A DNA stretch of 64,000 nt from Anolis carolinensis (lineage: Eukaryota): assembly GCF_035594765.1 (NCBI RefSeq), contig NC_085845.1, positions 152,350,897 to 152,414,896 on the forward strand. The letters are read 5' to 3'. The translations under genes were made by a program, and so were the position numbers. Below are positions 34,045 through 45,700 of the stretch, piece after piece; position 1 is the stretch's first letter; each line of letters opens with the position of its first letter. The notes beneath the pieces were generated by a model. That model made no database searches, was not told where the DNA came from, and saw nothing but the letters and a program-made list of their open reading frames with translations.

Positions 34045-37000
34045 GTATGTATAATGGCCTCTTTTTAAATATGAAATAACTTAGAAAATAACTCCTGCAA
34101 GTGAAATGTATTGTAGGACAAGTGCGTTGGTGCAGTTTGATCCTACAGAAGAGTTGGAATAGGTAAATATTACAGCTTGGATTAGCATTAGTATTAAGAA
34201 ATGTTAGTTGGTCTAAATTAGAGTTTCTCAAACTGTGCTCCTCCAGATGTTTTGGATTTCAGCTCCTACAATTCCTAATAGCTGGTAAAATGGTTGGGAT
34301 TACACCTGGAGGAGCACAGTTTGAGAAACAGTAGACTAAATAAAAGTAAAACCCTTGTTATTTTAATGGAATCTATTTTAGTATATCTTGCCTTTCTGAT
34401 ATCTCATTTTGATTCAGACAGGAAACTTGAAATGGCCCATATGCACCTCAGTCTTCCATTACAGTGTGCTGGTTTGACTGCTACATGTCTATATTTCATG
34501 CACCCATTACAGAACTCATACATACAAACAGAGCTGCCATGGCTAGTGGTGGTCACACAAAAGATTTATCATGTTAATTTTAGAAAATCCAAGCAATTGA
34601 TCACTTGTCATACTTAAATGGTAGATCAGAAGCAACTTGCCCTGTAGCATAGAGTGCTACTATTGAATAAAAAACAATCCTAAAATCTATTTGGGCAAAG
34701 AGAACTTTTATTAATTATTTTAGTATGTTGCACTATAATTATATGAATTTATTGTACAATGTCAGAAAATAACCAATTATTTTACTGGATAAATTGCAGT
34801 AGTTGTATGAAAGTTTGGATAAGTAGTAAAATTAACTATCCATAATCTGTTATATAGTACTTTTTAAAATGGATTAGCTAGGTTGATGATTGGGGGTCAG
34901 TGTGCAGTGTAAAGAGACAACACTTACAAAAGTATGTGAAAGAAGATCCTTAATGTGCATCCACGCTCTGTTGTTTGTGTAATCACCATCTGGGTCTCAA
35001 ATTGGTCTCAGGATTTCCTATGTAATCATCTACGCAGTGAAATTACTTTCTTCAATTCTGGCTTGAAACTGCATTAAATGATCAGTGTAGATGGCTCCTG
35101 AATCCCAGTTGCTGAAGGCATGTACCATGGATGAAGTGTTGTTACCATTTGATATTTACAGGTTTTGATTCATGGAATTGGAAATAGTGGCACTGTGTAA
35201 TTCACAACTATGATATTATACGAATAAGTGGTATAAATTGTCAATGCTTTTATAACCTTAGGCATATTTCAATATTTTTATTGATTAAAAAAATCTAATT
35301 ATGTCAGCCAAATTATTTGGTGAATAATCATTCCTTTAGAAACCCAGCTATTGATTGGTATCTTCTGAATGGAAGTATGTGTATTTAGAGACCTATTTAC
35401 CTACATTTTATATCACCATAAAGTATGATTAACTTGGGGGTGGGGGGAGGAAGTGTGTTTTACATGGCTTGTCTAGTGTAACTACCAAAATTATCCTTTT
35501 TATCTCCAGCCTGTTGTGTAAGCAACAATGTTTTCCTACTTGTGTGAGGGCTGTTTGTTTGTTTGTGTTATTAAGGATTGCTAGATGTAGTAACTGTCAT
35601 AAAAATATTTTGGTCATTATTTAATCAAGTGATCACCAGCATCAATTTAAGCAAGTGTTAATCTGGTGTCAAGATGACATCTTGAAGTCATCTCCAGCTG
35701 GTGGATGGCAAGAACGCTTTTGAATATCATGTCACCTTGAACTTCAATTTTTAATGCCAAGCAGAGCTTCTTAAAATTGGAAATAGTCTGAATTGGGGTA
35801 AGAAACAACATTTTGTTTGTTTCTGAACTGCTCCTATCAGTCTTAGAATAGCCAGTGATGAAGGACAATGGGAGTACAGTCCAGCACATTCCCTAACTAT
35901 GATCTAAGTGGCAATGCAAAACTAATCATGTATGTTGCAATCACACTTTTAATCTACAAAAAACGCAAAAGGACATAGATTCAATGCATTTCAAGATTAT
36001 TGGTGTACCACTGAGAACTTAGGAAGAGCCATACTGGATCAAACAAAATGCCTTATCATGTTTAGCATTATGTTCACACAGAAGAAGCCAATTAGTTACT
36101 TATAGAATGTCCACATTCTATATGAGCATGAACATCATATTACCTTCCTGTTGATATTAAAAAATGATATACAAAGCAATACTACATCTGGCATTGGATA
36201 TAGATATCATCATGAAGACTAGGATGGTTTTGAGAAAACCGTCTTCTCAATAAGTTGTTTTATGATTGCCCCGTCTTCCCCCACCATTACCACACAGAGA
36301 CTTTTCTTGACGTAGAGCCAGTAAACTAACATCTTGAGATTTTATAGTTTGTTACCACAGTTAATTTTATAGACTGAACTAGAATAGTGTTTGAGAGTTT
36401 TAATATGTTAGATAAGGTAAAGCTCAGCAATACCAAAACACACACGCTTGTTAACAAGAATGTCAACTTTAACTTAATGCTTTCAATGGAAGAATAATCC
36501 AAAGCTGCAACTCCACTGGTTCTTTCTTTGCTGATGATGGTAAGTTGGGCTCCCTCTGCTGTTGAAAGGCAAAGCGGAATAATACTAGCGGGACATCCTT
36601 GGTATTGTCTGCTTTGTTTCTGTGTGTATCCTTGAGACCAAAAGCAAATTGGCTTTGTCTGTTTCACCCAATCTGTTTTATAGTCCCTCCTATCTTAACC
36701 TTTATGTGCACCTGGACTGTGAACCCCGTGTGAAATCCTTCTTAGTTCGTTGTGCAGGAATTTTATGTTGTTAGAGTAATTGAGCAAACAACCTCTACTG
36801 CAGTAAAACTGTACCTTACTTACCAAGAAAATCGGGTTTTTTTGAAATGCATACTAATTTTTCTCTCTGATTCTTATTTATTAATTTACTTTTGTTTCAA
36901 GTTTGTGATTTCAAGGGAGTAAAACCTTTTAAAAATGTAATAGTACTTTTTATTAACAGGTTTATTCCTAAATGGACTGTACCAAGATCTATTAATTCAA

Positions 37001-37051
37001 AGCTTATCTTTATAATCAAAAGACTATCTAACAACTAATGTGTTGTTGTAG

Positions 37052-37210
37052 GAATATTTGCCTTCAAGTGTGCCCGTGCAGAAGAACTATTTAATATGTT
37101 GCAAGAGATCATGCAGAATAATAGTATAAATGTGGTAGAAGAGCCAGTAGTAGAAAGAAATCCACATCAAACAGAGATGGAAGTTCCAAGAACACCTCGT
37201 ACACCTACCA
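37052..37210 (+). CDS. FRS2: FRS2 coding exon 3
   Basis: GIFAFKCARAEELFNMLQEIMQNNSINVVEEPVVERN...PRTPRTPT; phases match flanking exons; GTAAGT donor. Confidence 0.97.
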
Positions 37211-38317
37211 GTAAGTTATTTTCTCTTGTCTGATTATTGAGAGTGAGACCTTAATTCAGATGCCTTTTTGTATATTTAAATTAACACAACCAAAAATGTT
37301 TTTTTTTGGTGTCTTGGTTTTTAGACTTATTTCTGGGGTTACTTGTGGTGTTAATTCAGAAAATTGCATTGGATAGACCACATAAGCTCTAGTTTGTTAG
37401 ATATGGTTATCATGCTTTTCTATGAGGAAGTAGATAACATAAGTGCTGTATCTCAAAAACTAGAGCTGGTAGGGGAAAATTGGTATCATTGTTGGAATCA
37501 GCAGGTCAGATACACTTAGAAACATGTCTTAACATTTGAGGCACCAAAATTTGTGTTGGTCAGTGTTATCCCAGAAATTACATCTGTTGTAGACAATGAT
37601 TACTTGTGAATTCATTCACATGTAGTGACAGCTAATATTGAATTGTGATCTGGAAACCCTTTGACAGAATTAATAATATTTTGAAACTGTAAACAAACGT
37701 ATTGCAGAGACTAAGGGTGCATCTTTACTGTAGAAATAATCCAGTTTGACATCACTTTACCATGACTGAATTCTATGGAATCATGGGAGTTGGAGTTTTA
37801 TAAATCCTTTAGACGTCTCTTCCAAAGAGTGTTGATGCCTACAAATCCCAGGATTTCATTGTATTGAATCAAGGCAGTTAAAGTGACATCAAACTCCATT
37901 AATTCTATACCTGCAGACATGGAGCAACATGCTTAGGAAAAGAGATTCCTCCTAAACATTAGAAATGGTGGAAGGAGCTAGAATCTTGGCTGTTTTTGTC
38001 CTCAGCCTGCTCTTTATCCTAGTTACAAAACATTCTCTTTTTCTAAGCCTTATTGCAATCCTGTCTCCATCTAACTGAGAACCAAGGAATAGATTTATAT
38101 AGTATTGCGGTATGAGTCACATACAGAAATTGCTTAAATAACACTGATTCTATTTAACAAATGTGCGGTTTAGCTGCCTACGTTGGTGATAGAATATTTG
38201 TGGGGTAGAGGGGAGTAATGATTTGTATCAAATATTTTTATATTTTGATCTTTGTTAGTGTGATTTCTTTTAAACCCAGTTTCTAAATATCTAATACTTG
38301 CCAAACAAATATATATA

Positions 38318-38640
38318 CAGTAGAATCTCACTTATCCAACATTCACTTATCCAACATTCTGGATTATCCAATGCATTTTTGTAGTCAATGTTTTCAATAC
38401 ATCATGATATTTTGGTGCTAAATTCGTAAATACAGTAATTACTACATAGCATTACTGAGTATTGAACTACTTTTTCTGTCAAATTTGTTGTATAACCTGA
38501 TGTTTTGGTGCTTAGTTTGTAAAATCATAACCTAATTTGATGTTTAATAGCCTTTTCCTTAATCCCTCCTTATTATCCAACAGATTCGCTTATCCAACAT
38601 TCTGTTGGCCTGTTTATGTTGGATAAGTGAGAGACTACTG
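38318..38640. mobile_element. Tc1/mariner (pogo/Tigger-like) MITE
   Basis: TIRs CAGTAGAATCTCACTTATCCAAC / GTTGGATAAGTGAGAGACTACTG; TA on both sides. Confidence 0.88.
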
Positions 38641-39165
38641 TACTTTAAAAAATCTCTTAACAATTCAAATAAGCCATTACCTGTATATTGTACAGGAGAA
38701 CCTATGCACTTTGTATGCATTTTAGGGAACAGTTCCATAATTTAATATGTGTGTTTGGTTCGTGTGTACTTGTGGGTGTAGTTTTGTATAAATCATCTGA
38801 AGGCTAAGTGTCCAAAATCTTTAACAAGTAAAATCTGATTATTTGAGGAACGGTATCATGTGTCATCCATTTTACTTAGTAGTGACCCTCAGTTACATTA
38901 CCTGTAATTGCTTCCAAAGTAAGTATTTAGCCATAGTGAAAGATGGAATTGAACGTGGGGTAGGACTGAAGGCAGGGCAAGGGGTTAATGTTTCCAAGGG
39001 AATTGGAGTATTTTATCTTCTTTTCCTGGCACAATATTGAATTTTTGAAATACAAGTTCTTTCTGAAAAAAAGATTTCTGCATATTCTGCATATTCTTTG
39101 GTAATTGGCTGTCGCTGGGTGTGCAGCCCCAGTAATTTGGGTGCTGCACAATGATGTCTGTGAGA

Positions 39166-39345
39166 GCCAGGCTGGTGTAGTTGTTTGAGTGTTGAATTAG
39201 GACACTGGGAGTCTAGAGTTTGAATCCCCAGACAGACATGGAAACCGATTGGGTAACATTGGGTAAGTCACACACACTCTGCCTCAAAAGGATAAGGGTA
39301 GACCTCCTCTGAGAAAATTCTGCTAAGAAAAGCCCATGATAGGGG
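39166..39345 (+). mobile_element. tRNA-derived SINE remnant (related copy ~7695-7890)
   Basis: A-box-like TGGTGTAGTTG and B-box-like GAGTTTGAATCC; shared GGCAAGTCACAC body. Confidence 0.55.
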
Positions 39346-39918
39346 CACCAAGCAGCAGCAGCAGCAGCAACAATGAACACCACAATCAGAGAATTAATAT
39401 TGAAGTAAATATGCTTAATAAATGCCAGGAGTCAAGAAATACTCAAAATGGAATTGCTTTTAATATTTGGAAGCTGCTGATCAAAAAGTGGACTTCTTTG
39501 GGGGGACCTCTTTCCAAATTCTCATTTTGCCGTTTTGTTATGCATAGGAAGTGAGAGGAAAGTAGGCAGTACTTCTTGATAAACATTCCTCAGAACAAGT
39601 GCATGCTTTCTGCAGGATCTTATAATCTAAACAAGAAAGTGGGATTGCTTCCTATCAAGGTTTTCCGACATACTTCATTTTCCTTGTTTTTAAATTAGTA
39701 TACTATCTTTTGCTACACCTGCATTTTTCCCAAACCGTCCTAGAGATCAAATATAAATACATCTGTTTTAAATGTGTAATGCTTTGCTAACATACAGTTC
39801 TGCAAAGGGTTTCTTCTCCTTTTCAGTTCACATGTTTGGAATGACCTTCAAATGGATGAATACACATTTTCTGGAATGTTACTAACTTACAGGATAATTG
39901 TATTTTCTCTTTGCACAG

Positions 39919-40082
39919 CACCAGGGGTGAGTGGGCAGAGTTTACCGAATGGATATCCAAGGTATCCTTCCTATGGAGATGCTTCATCCCACCCTTCCAG
40001 CAGGCACCCTTCTGTAGGAAGTACACGCCTTCCTTCAGTAGGTGAAGAGTCCACGCATCCCTTGCTTGTAGCTGAGGAGCAA
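39919..40082 (+). CDS. FRS2: FRS2 coding exon 4
   Basis: TPGVSGQSLPNGYPRYPSYGDASSHPSSRHPSVGSTRLPSVGEESTHPLLVAEEQ; CAG acceptor, GTAAGT donor. Confidence 0.97.
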
Positions 40083-40437
40083 GTAAGTTCTCTTTAAAGT
40101 CTACAGGAAAAACTGCTAATAAAGAAATTGCTATTTTTTAACTGAGAGAACACTTATCTAGGAATATTTAAGTTTCTTTTCTTTAATTTTTAATTTTGTT
40201 TAATGAAACAAAACATTAAACACAATGCAATTGCATTGTTACATTGTCTATTTCCAAATCTATATTCCTCACCCCATTAGTCACATAGTTTTATACAAAT
40301 ACAGTACAGCTCTGTCAGTTCTGTTGCTTTTAGTTATTTTAATTTTCTCTGTTACATAAAGTCATTGTGGTATGTTTTTCTAATTGTTCATCCATCATTT
40401 TCTTGGTCATTTGGTGGTTTAAATTCACAATTCCTTT

Positions 40438-40705
40438 GACCCTGGTGGCATAGTGGGTTAAAGCCTTGTGACTTGAAGGTTGGGTTGCTGACCTGAAGGC
40501 TGCCAGGTTCCAATCCAACCTGGGGAGAGCGCGGATGAGCTCCCTCTATCAGCTTCAGCTCCATGCGGAGACATGAGAGAAGCCTCCCATAAGGATGGTA
40601 AAAACATCAAACATCTGGGCGTCCCCTGGGCAATGTCATTGTAGATGGCCAATTCTCTCACACCAGAAGTGACTTGCAGTTTCTCAAGTCGCTCCTGACA
40701 CACAA
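40438..40705 (+). mobile_element. tRNA-derived SINE (Anolis SINE2-like)
   Basis: TGGCATAGTGG A-box, GGTTCCAATCC B-box, 3' end CTCAAGTCGCTCCTGACAC. Confidence 0.7.
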
Positions 40706-41032
40706 AAAACCCCATTCCTTTGCACATGTAGTTAATAAACAACTTTCATGTATTTTCAAATAGTCATTCTTTTATAACAACAACATAACTTTATTTGTAA
40801 CCTGCCCTATCTCCCCGGAGAGACTCTCCTTGTGCTAATCTTAATGTATAGGTTATTTTTTCCAATAGTGCTATAGCTATTTAACCAATTCTCTGTTGAT
40901 AAATTCACTAGTTTTTCCCTATGTTCTGACTATTTCTGTTGAAGTTGTTAGCACTCTTTTCCATGGTGGAAGTTTTCTGAAGATAGCTTCTTGGCAGCGG
41001 CAGTATTCATATTTCCCTATACTCTTTTGGTA

Positions 41033-41703
41033 CAGTGTTTCCACGCTACTTCGCAGTTCGCTTTTCACGAACTCACTGTTTCGCAGGGAAATGGGAGTAT
41101 ATCTAAACATTATTTTAATTGTTATGTGGTTTTTCTCCCCCTTGCAACCCTTCCCTACTAGCGCCTGCTGGGCCCTTGCTTCGGGCCCGTCATATTGCTC
41201 TGGCTGCTTCCCTGCAGCCAGGGAAGAAAGAACGCTGCTCCAGCCGGATGAGTGAGCAAAGGAAGGTGGGTGAGAGAGTGAAAGCTGGCGGCAGCAGCAA
41301 AAGCCTGGAAGAGGCAGCAGGTTCGGCTTCTGCCTCTGCTCCGCCCCCTCTTCCGAGTCCTCCACATTTCTCGGCATGGCCCGGCTGGAGCTTTTCCTGC
41401 CACGGCCGGCCTTCACTCTCTCACCCACCCTCCCTTGCTCACTCATCCAGCTGGAACAGTGTTCCTTCTTCCTTGGCTGCAGGGAAGCAGCCAGAGCAAC
41501 ATGATGGGCCCAGAGCAAGGGCCCAGCCAGCGCTGGTAGGAAAGGGTTCACCAGTTCTCTGATGCTTGCAAGGGGGAGAAAGGCCACATAACAATTAAAA
41601 TAATGTATAAATATTAAAATTAAATAGTGTCCCTACTTCGCAGATTTCCACTTATCGTGGTAGCTCCTGGAACGGAACCCCCACGATAAGTGAGGGAACA
41701 CTG
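41033..41703. mobile_element. Tc1/mariner-type MITE with a long internal inverted repeat
   Basis: TA-CAGTGTTTCC ... GGGAACACTG-TA ends; ~41105-41290 is the reverse complement of ~41410-41605. Confidence 0.75.
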
Positions 41704-41779
41704 TATATGCCAAAAATATGCAGCATGATCAAGTTAGCTATGTGATTTTATAGTTGATATTTGACTCTGCTTTTTGTAG

Positions 41780-42766
41780 GTCCATACATATGTGAATACA
41801 ACTGGTGTGCAAGAGGAAAGGAAAAACAGACCAAATGTGCGCACACCTCTTGAACGAAGGGTTTCCAGTGCAGAAGTGAACAACACGAGAGAGGAGGAAA
41901 CATGTCCTGATGAAAGAGAGGCTCAGGTTGTATTGGAGCCTGAAGGAGTCAAATTTGTTTTGGGCCCAACACCTGTCCAGAGACAATTGATGGAAAAAGA
42001 AAAACTGGAATCAACTGGGAACAGTAATCAAGCTTGTGGAAACAGTGCTGAAACTAGTGGTAACAGTACTCAAGCTTGTGGGAATAGTAACAATGAGTGG
42101 GACACTGGGTATGACAGTGATGAACGTAAAGATGTTCCCTCTGGTAACAAACTGGCATATGAAAATGTAAATAGATTGTCCATCCCTGGCAACTCAGGGA
42201 TCAGGAGAGGCCGTCTGTTATCATCCAGTACCTCTGATACTCAAAATGTCAACAATTCAGCTCAGAGGAGAACTGCACTGTTAAATTATGAAAATCTTCC
42301 ATCTTTGCCTCCAGTTTGGGAAGCCCGCAAGCTCAGTAAAGAGGATGACACTTTAGGACCAAAGACACCTTCTCTTAACGGCTACCACAATAATTTAGAT
42401 CCCATGCATAATTATGTCAATACAGAGAACGTAACAGTGCCATCAAGTGCTCACAAAGTAGAATATGCAAGACGTCGGGACTGCACCCCAACAGTCTTTA
42501 ACTTTGATATTAGGCGGCCAAGTTCAGAACACAGGCAGCTCAACTATATACAGGTTGATTTGGAAGCTGGTAGTGACTCTGACAACCCTCAGACTCCCAA
42601 AACGCCTACCACTCCACTTCCACAGACTCCAACCAGGCGCACAGAGCTGTATGCTGTGATAGACATTGAAAGAACAGCTGCTATGTCAAGCTTGCAGAAA
42701 GCATTGCCTCGAGACGACGGTACTTCTAGAAAAACTAGACATAACAGTACTGACCTGCCTATGTGA
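41780..42766 (+). CDS. FRS2: FRS2 final coding exon (tyrosine docking tail)
   Basis: VHTYVNT...YENV...YENL...YVNT (GRB2-type YxN sites), NYIQV and LYAVI (SHP2-type sites), C-terminus TRHNSTDLPM*; spliced CDS 1563 nt = 520 aa. Confidence 0.98.
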   Translation, partial: VHTYVNTTGVQEERKNRPNVRTPLERRVSSAEVNNTREEETCPDEREAQVVLEPEGVKFVLGPTPVQRQLMEKEKLESTGNSNQACGNSAETSGNSTQACGNSNNEWDTGYDSDERKDVPSGNKLAYENVNRLSIPGNSGIRRGRLLSSSTSDTQNVNNSAQRRTALLNYENLPSLPPVWEARKLSKEDDTLGPKTPSLNGYHNNLDPMHNYVNTENVTVPSSAHKVEYARRRDCTPTVFNFDIRRPSSEHRQLNYIQVDLEAGSDSDNPQTPKTPTTPLPQTPTRRTELYAVIDIERTAAMSSLQKALPRDDGTSRKTRHNSTDLPM

Positions 42767-45700
42767 GCCTGGAAAGCATTAGTTAAATCATTTGCACCTT
42801 TGTGAAGTTTTTTTTTTAAAAAAATTGAATGATTGCTCTATTTGACTTTTTAAATCACTTTTCATAGATTTATAGAGATTTTTTTTCCTTCATGTGCTTG
42901 TTTAAAGGGAATTTTACAATAGAAAGAGTATTAAATAACACTATCATTTTACTATTACAGAAGCAGCTTTTGGTCAGTGTTGCCATCTTTCTATAGTGCC
43001 TCTTTCCTTGACTGGACGTTGTAGTGACATACCAGTGTTGACAGGCTGGCTACAAAGTCACTGAAAGTGTTATGACACATCTATGCCGCCGGATAATTGC
43101 ACTGCTCCCAGATCAGTGTAATCTCTCATAATATAGATCTGAAGATTCACATGTTCAAGTTCATGTAGCACAAATGAGAGAGTTTGTGATCAGGCTGAGT
43201 TGTGTAAAAACATGGTACAGATTGTTTTATCTAACTTGCATGAACTAAATGAATTTCTGGGCTGTGGACCAGTGTCGAGTAGGAATGATCCCCAAAACCT
43301 TCCCAATAGGAGCAACTTGCCATGGTACTGAAGAGTGCAAGTCTGTTAATATAGCCAATTAGTAGATTTCAGATTTTAAAATGCTGACTGGAATGCCATT
43401 ACTTTTAAGAGTTGTCTGGCTAGAGACAGAGAACGAATTATGGAAATCTGCAAATGTATCATTTAGCACTTGGTTTCAGTTTTAAAACAGAGCATGAACT
43501 AATTACCAGATGCACTTTAAAATCACCAACTACAAATCCAGAAACTAGAAACTGAAATCCATTCTCTTATTATAGGATCTGTTTTGATGTCAGAATGAGA
43601 CTGCGTGTCAATTACAGGATTGTTTCCTCTCTGCAAAAAATTGCATATGCATAGTGTTTTGTAGGGAGATGAGATATGCCTAGATAAAATTACACCTTTT
43701 GGAAAGCTGAAAAGGATATAATCAAAATGAGTATGGTGCTGTAAGGCTAAAAGACTGTATGATGGATACAAAGAATAGCGTTCAGTGGGGCTTTTCTGGG
43801 CCAGTGCTGAGTTGATGAGTGAGCCCCTGTGTCCCGTCCCTTCCCTGCTTTTGAAGACTAGTATCCCATCAGGCAGTCTGAAGGGATGCACTCAGAAGGA
43901 AATAAACAACCACCAGCAATTCCCCCTTGGTATATGCCTATACACTATCCACTACTGCACAGAGAGTTTTGGATTCCAGCCTGTATCTTAAATATGTCTT
44001 TCCTGACCATTTTGAGAGTTAGAGCATCAGAACTGACTTGCTATTTTTACTGTGTGAAAAGTCGCATCTCTCTTCTTCAGAGTCTGAAACAAACCTTGGT
44101 TTAGGTTTGGCAAGTTTCTTTCTGTACAGTTGTACAGGTACCTTCACTCTAGACAGTTGTGATGCTATTTATAATTACATTATGTCTGTAGCGGCATATT
44201 TTTACTTTCAGGTCTGTAAAATGTCTGTTCCCTTCTGTGCTTTTCATTTGTTGTTTCCATCTCTCTTGTACAGTCTTTAGGTTGTAAACTCTTAATTTTG
44301 TACATAGTGTTTGTTCAGCGTATTTCTGTATTGCCATGGAAAAAACTTTTTGAAGGCCCATTGGTAATTACTGTCATTCTCAGAACGGCCTTCTTTATTA
44401 CTTGCACAGATGGAAAGATGCATATTATATGTTTGAGAATAGAAAGTGCTGTGGCACCTTAGAAAAGGGCATGTTGAGATATGAATTTTCATGTTTGGTT
44501 TCTTCCAGAAAACAATTCTCGGCCTGTGGGATGGTAGATGTGACTACATTGTATGATTTATCAATACAAGTCAGGAACATGGTTCCATAAATAATAGCAT
44601 TCTTGGTTTCTGCCAGACATTATTTCATTGCGGCCATAATGTACTTGTTTCTGCTGTTGTGCTGATCTTGAGATCATTGTGTTCCATCTTAGATGCGTTT
44701 TCTGCTGCAGCAAATCTTATGAACAGAGTAGCTACTGAATTGTGGAGAATACCTTTAAAATATTTATCAATATATGAATTTAACCCTTTAATAGATGGAT
44801 AATACTGCTGAATGTTCCCAGTACTTTTGGTATCTGCTGATCTTATCTGGTAATATCTTCAAGATTCCCTCTTACATAGTAAAGACACTTGGAGTACAGC
44901 CATTTAAGTGCAGGATTTATAGCATTACAGAGTAGAGGAATTGCAGATGAAGCAATAATTGCCATGATGCTTGTAGAATAGTAACATGGCTTCTGTCAGT
45001 TTCAGAAACATGGAAAATCTATTTACTCTGGAACTGAAAAACAAAATCAGAAATAAGGGGGAAGATCAAAGTACAAGAAACTTGCTTTCTTTAAAAAAAA
45101 ACAACCTTTTTTTCTTTAAGCCTTTGACTTGTATAATACATAACTCAGCACATAATGGTACTGTTATATTTATGACATGTAACACTAAAAACATCATTAT
45201 TTAAAAATTATATAAATCTGTCCAGTGTTAAAGTGCAGCAGCTGCAAATATAAGACTATGGCCCTGCATCTGCTTAGGTGAATTCCATCACAAATCTCAA
45301 TAAACACTCATAGGATTGTACTCCAATGTATCTTTATTTCTACCAATAGTAAAATAGAAGACCAAAATTGAAGTTATCAATATTGTAGTAAACAAAAAAA
45401 AGTTTGTTTACTACACAAAGTTGAGCATTATTGTGAAGAAGCAGCAGGAACTAATATTTTTAGAGAGCAGCTCTGAAAAATCATGATGTGGCAGTAAGTT
45501 TGAATAGTTGGTTAAACTTTGCAATAATGTATTAGAAATGTAGTCTTGTGTATACTTCATTAGGAATTGAGTGCTGTTGAGTTCATGAATACTTTTTGTT
45601 AAAAACATATAAGAGCAGGCTTGATCATTTAGTCGTTACAGAGCAAATTAGATGCCCCTCATCCATATTTATTTTATTTATATCCCATTGTTTCTCTGTT

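Noticed and set aside
40919-41587. 222-aa and 147-aa mirror-image ORFs with internal repeats
   Set aside because: Artefacts of the inverted-repeat MITE at 41033-41703
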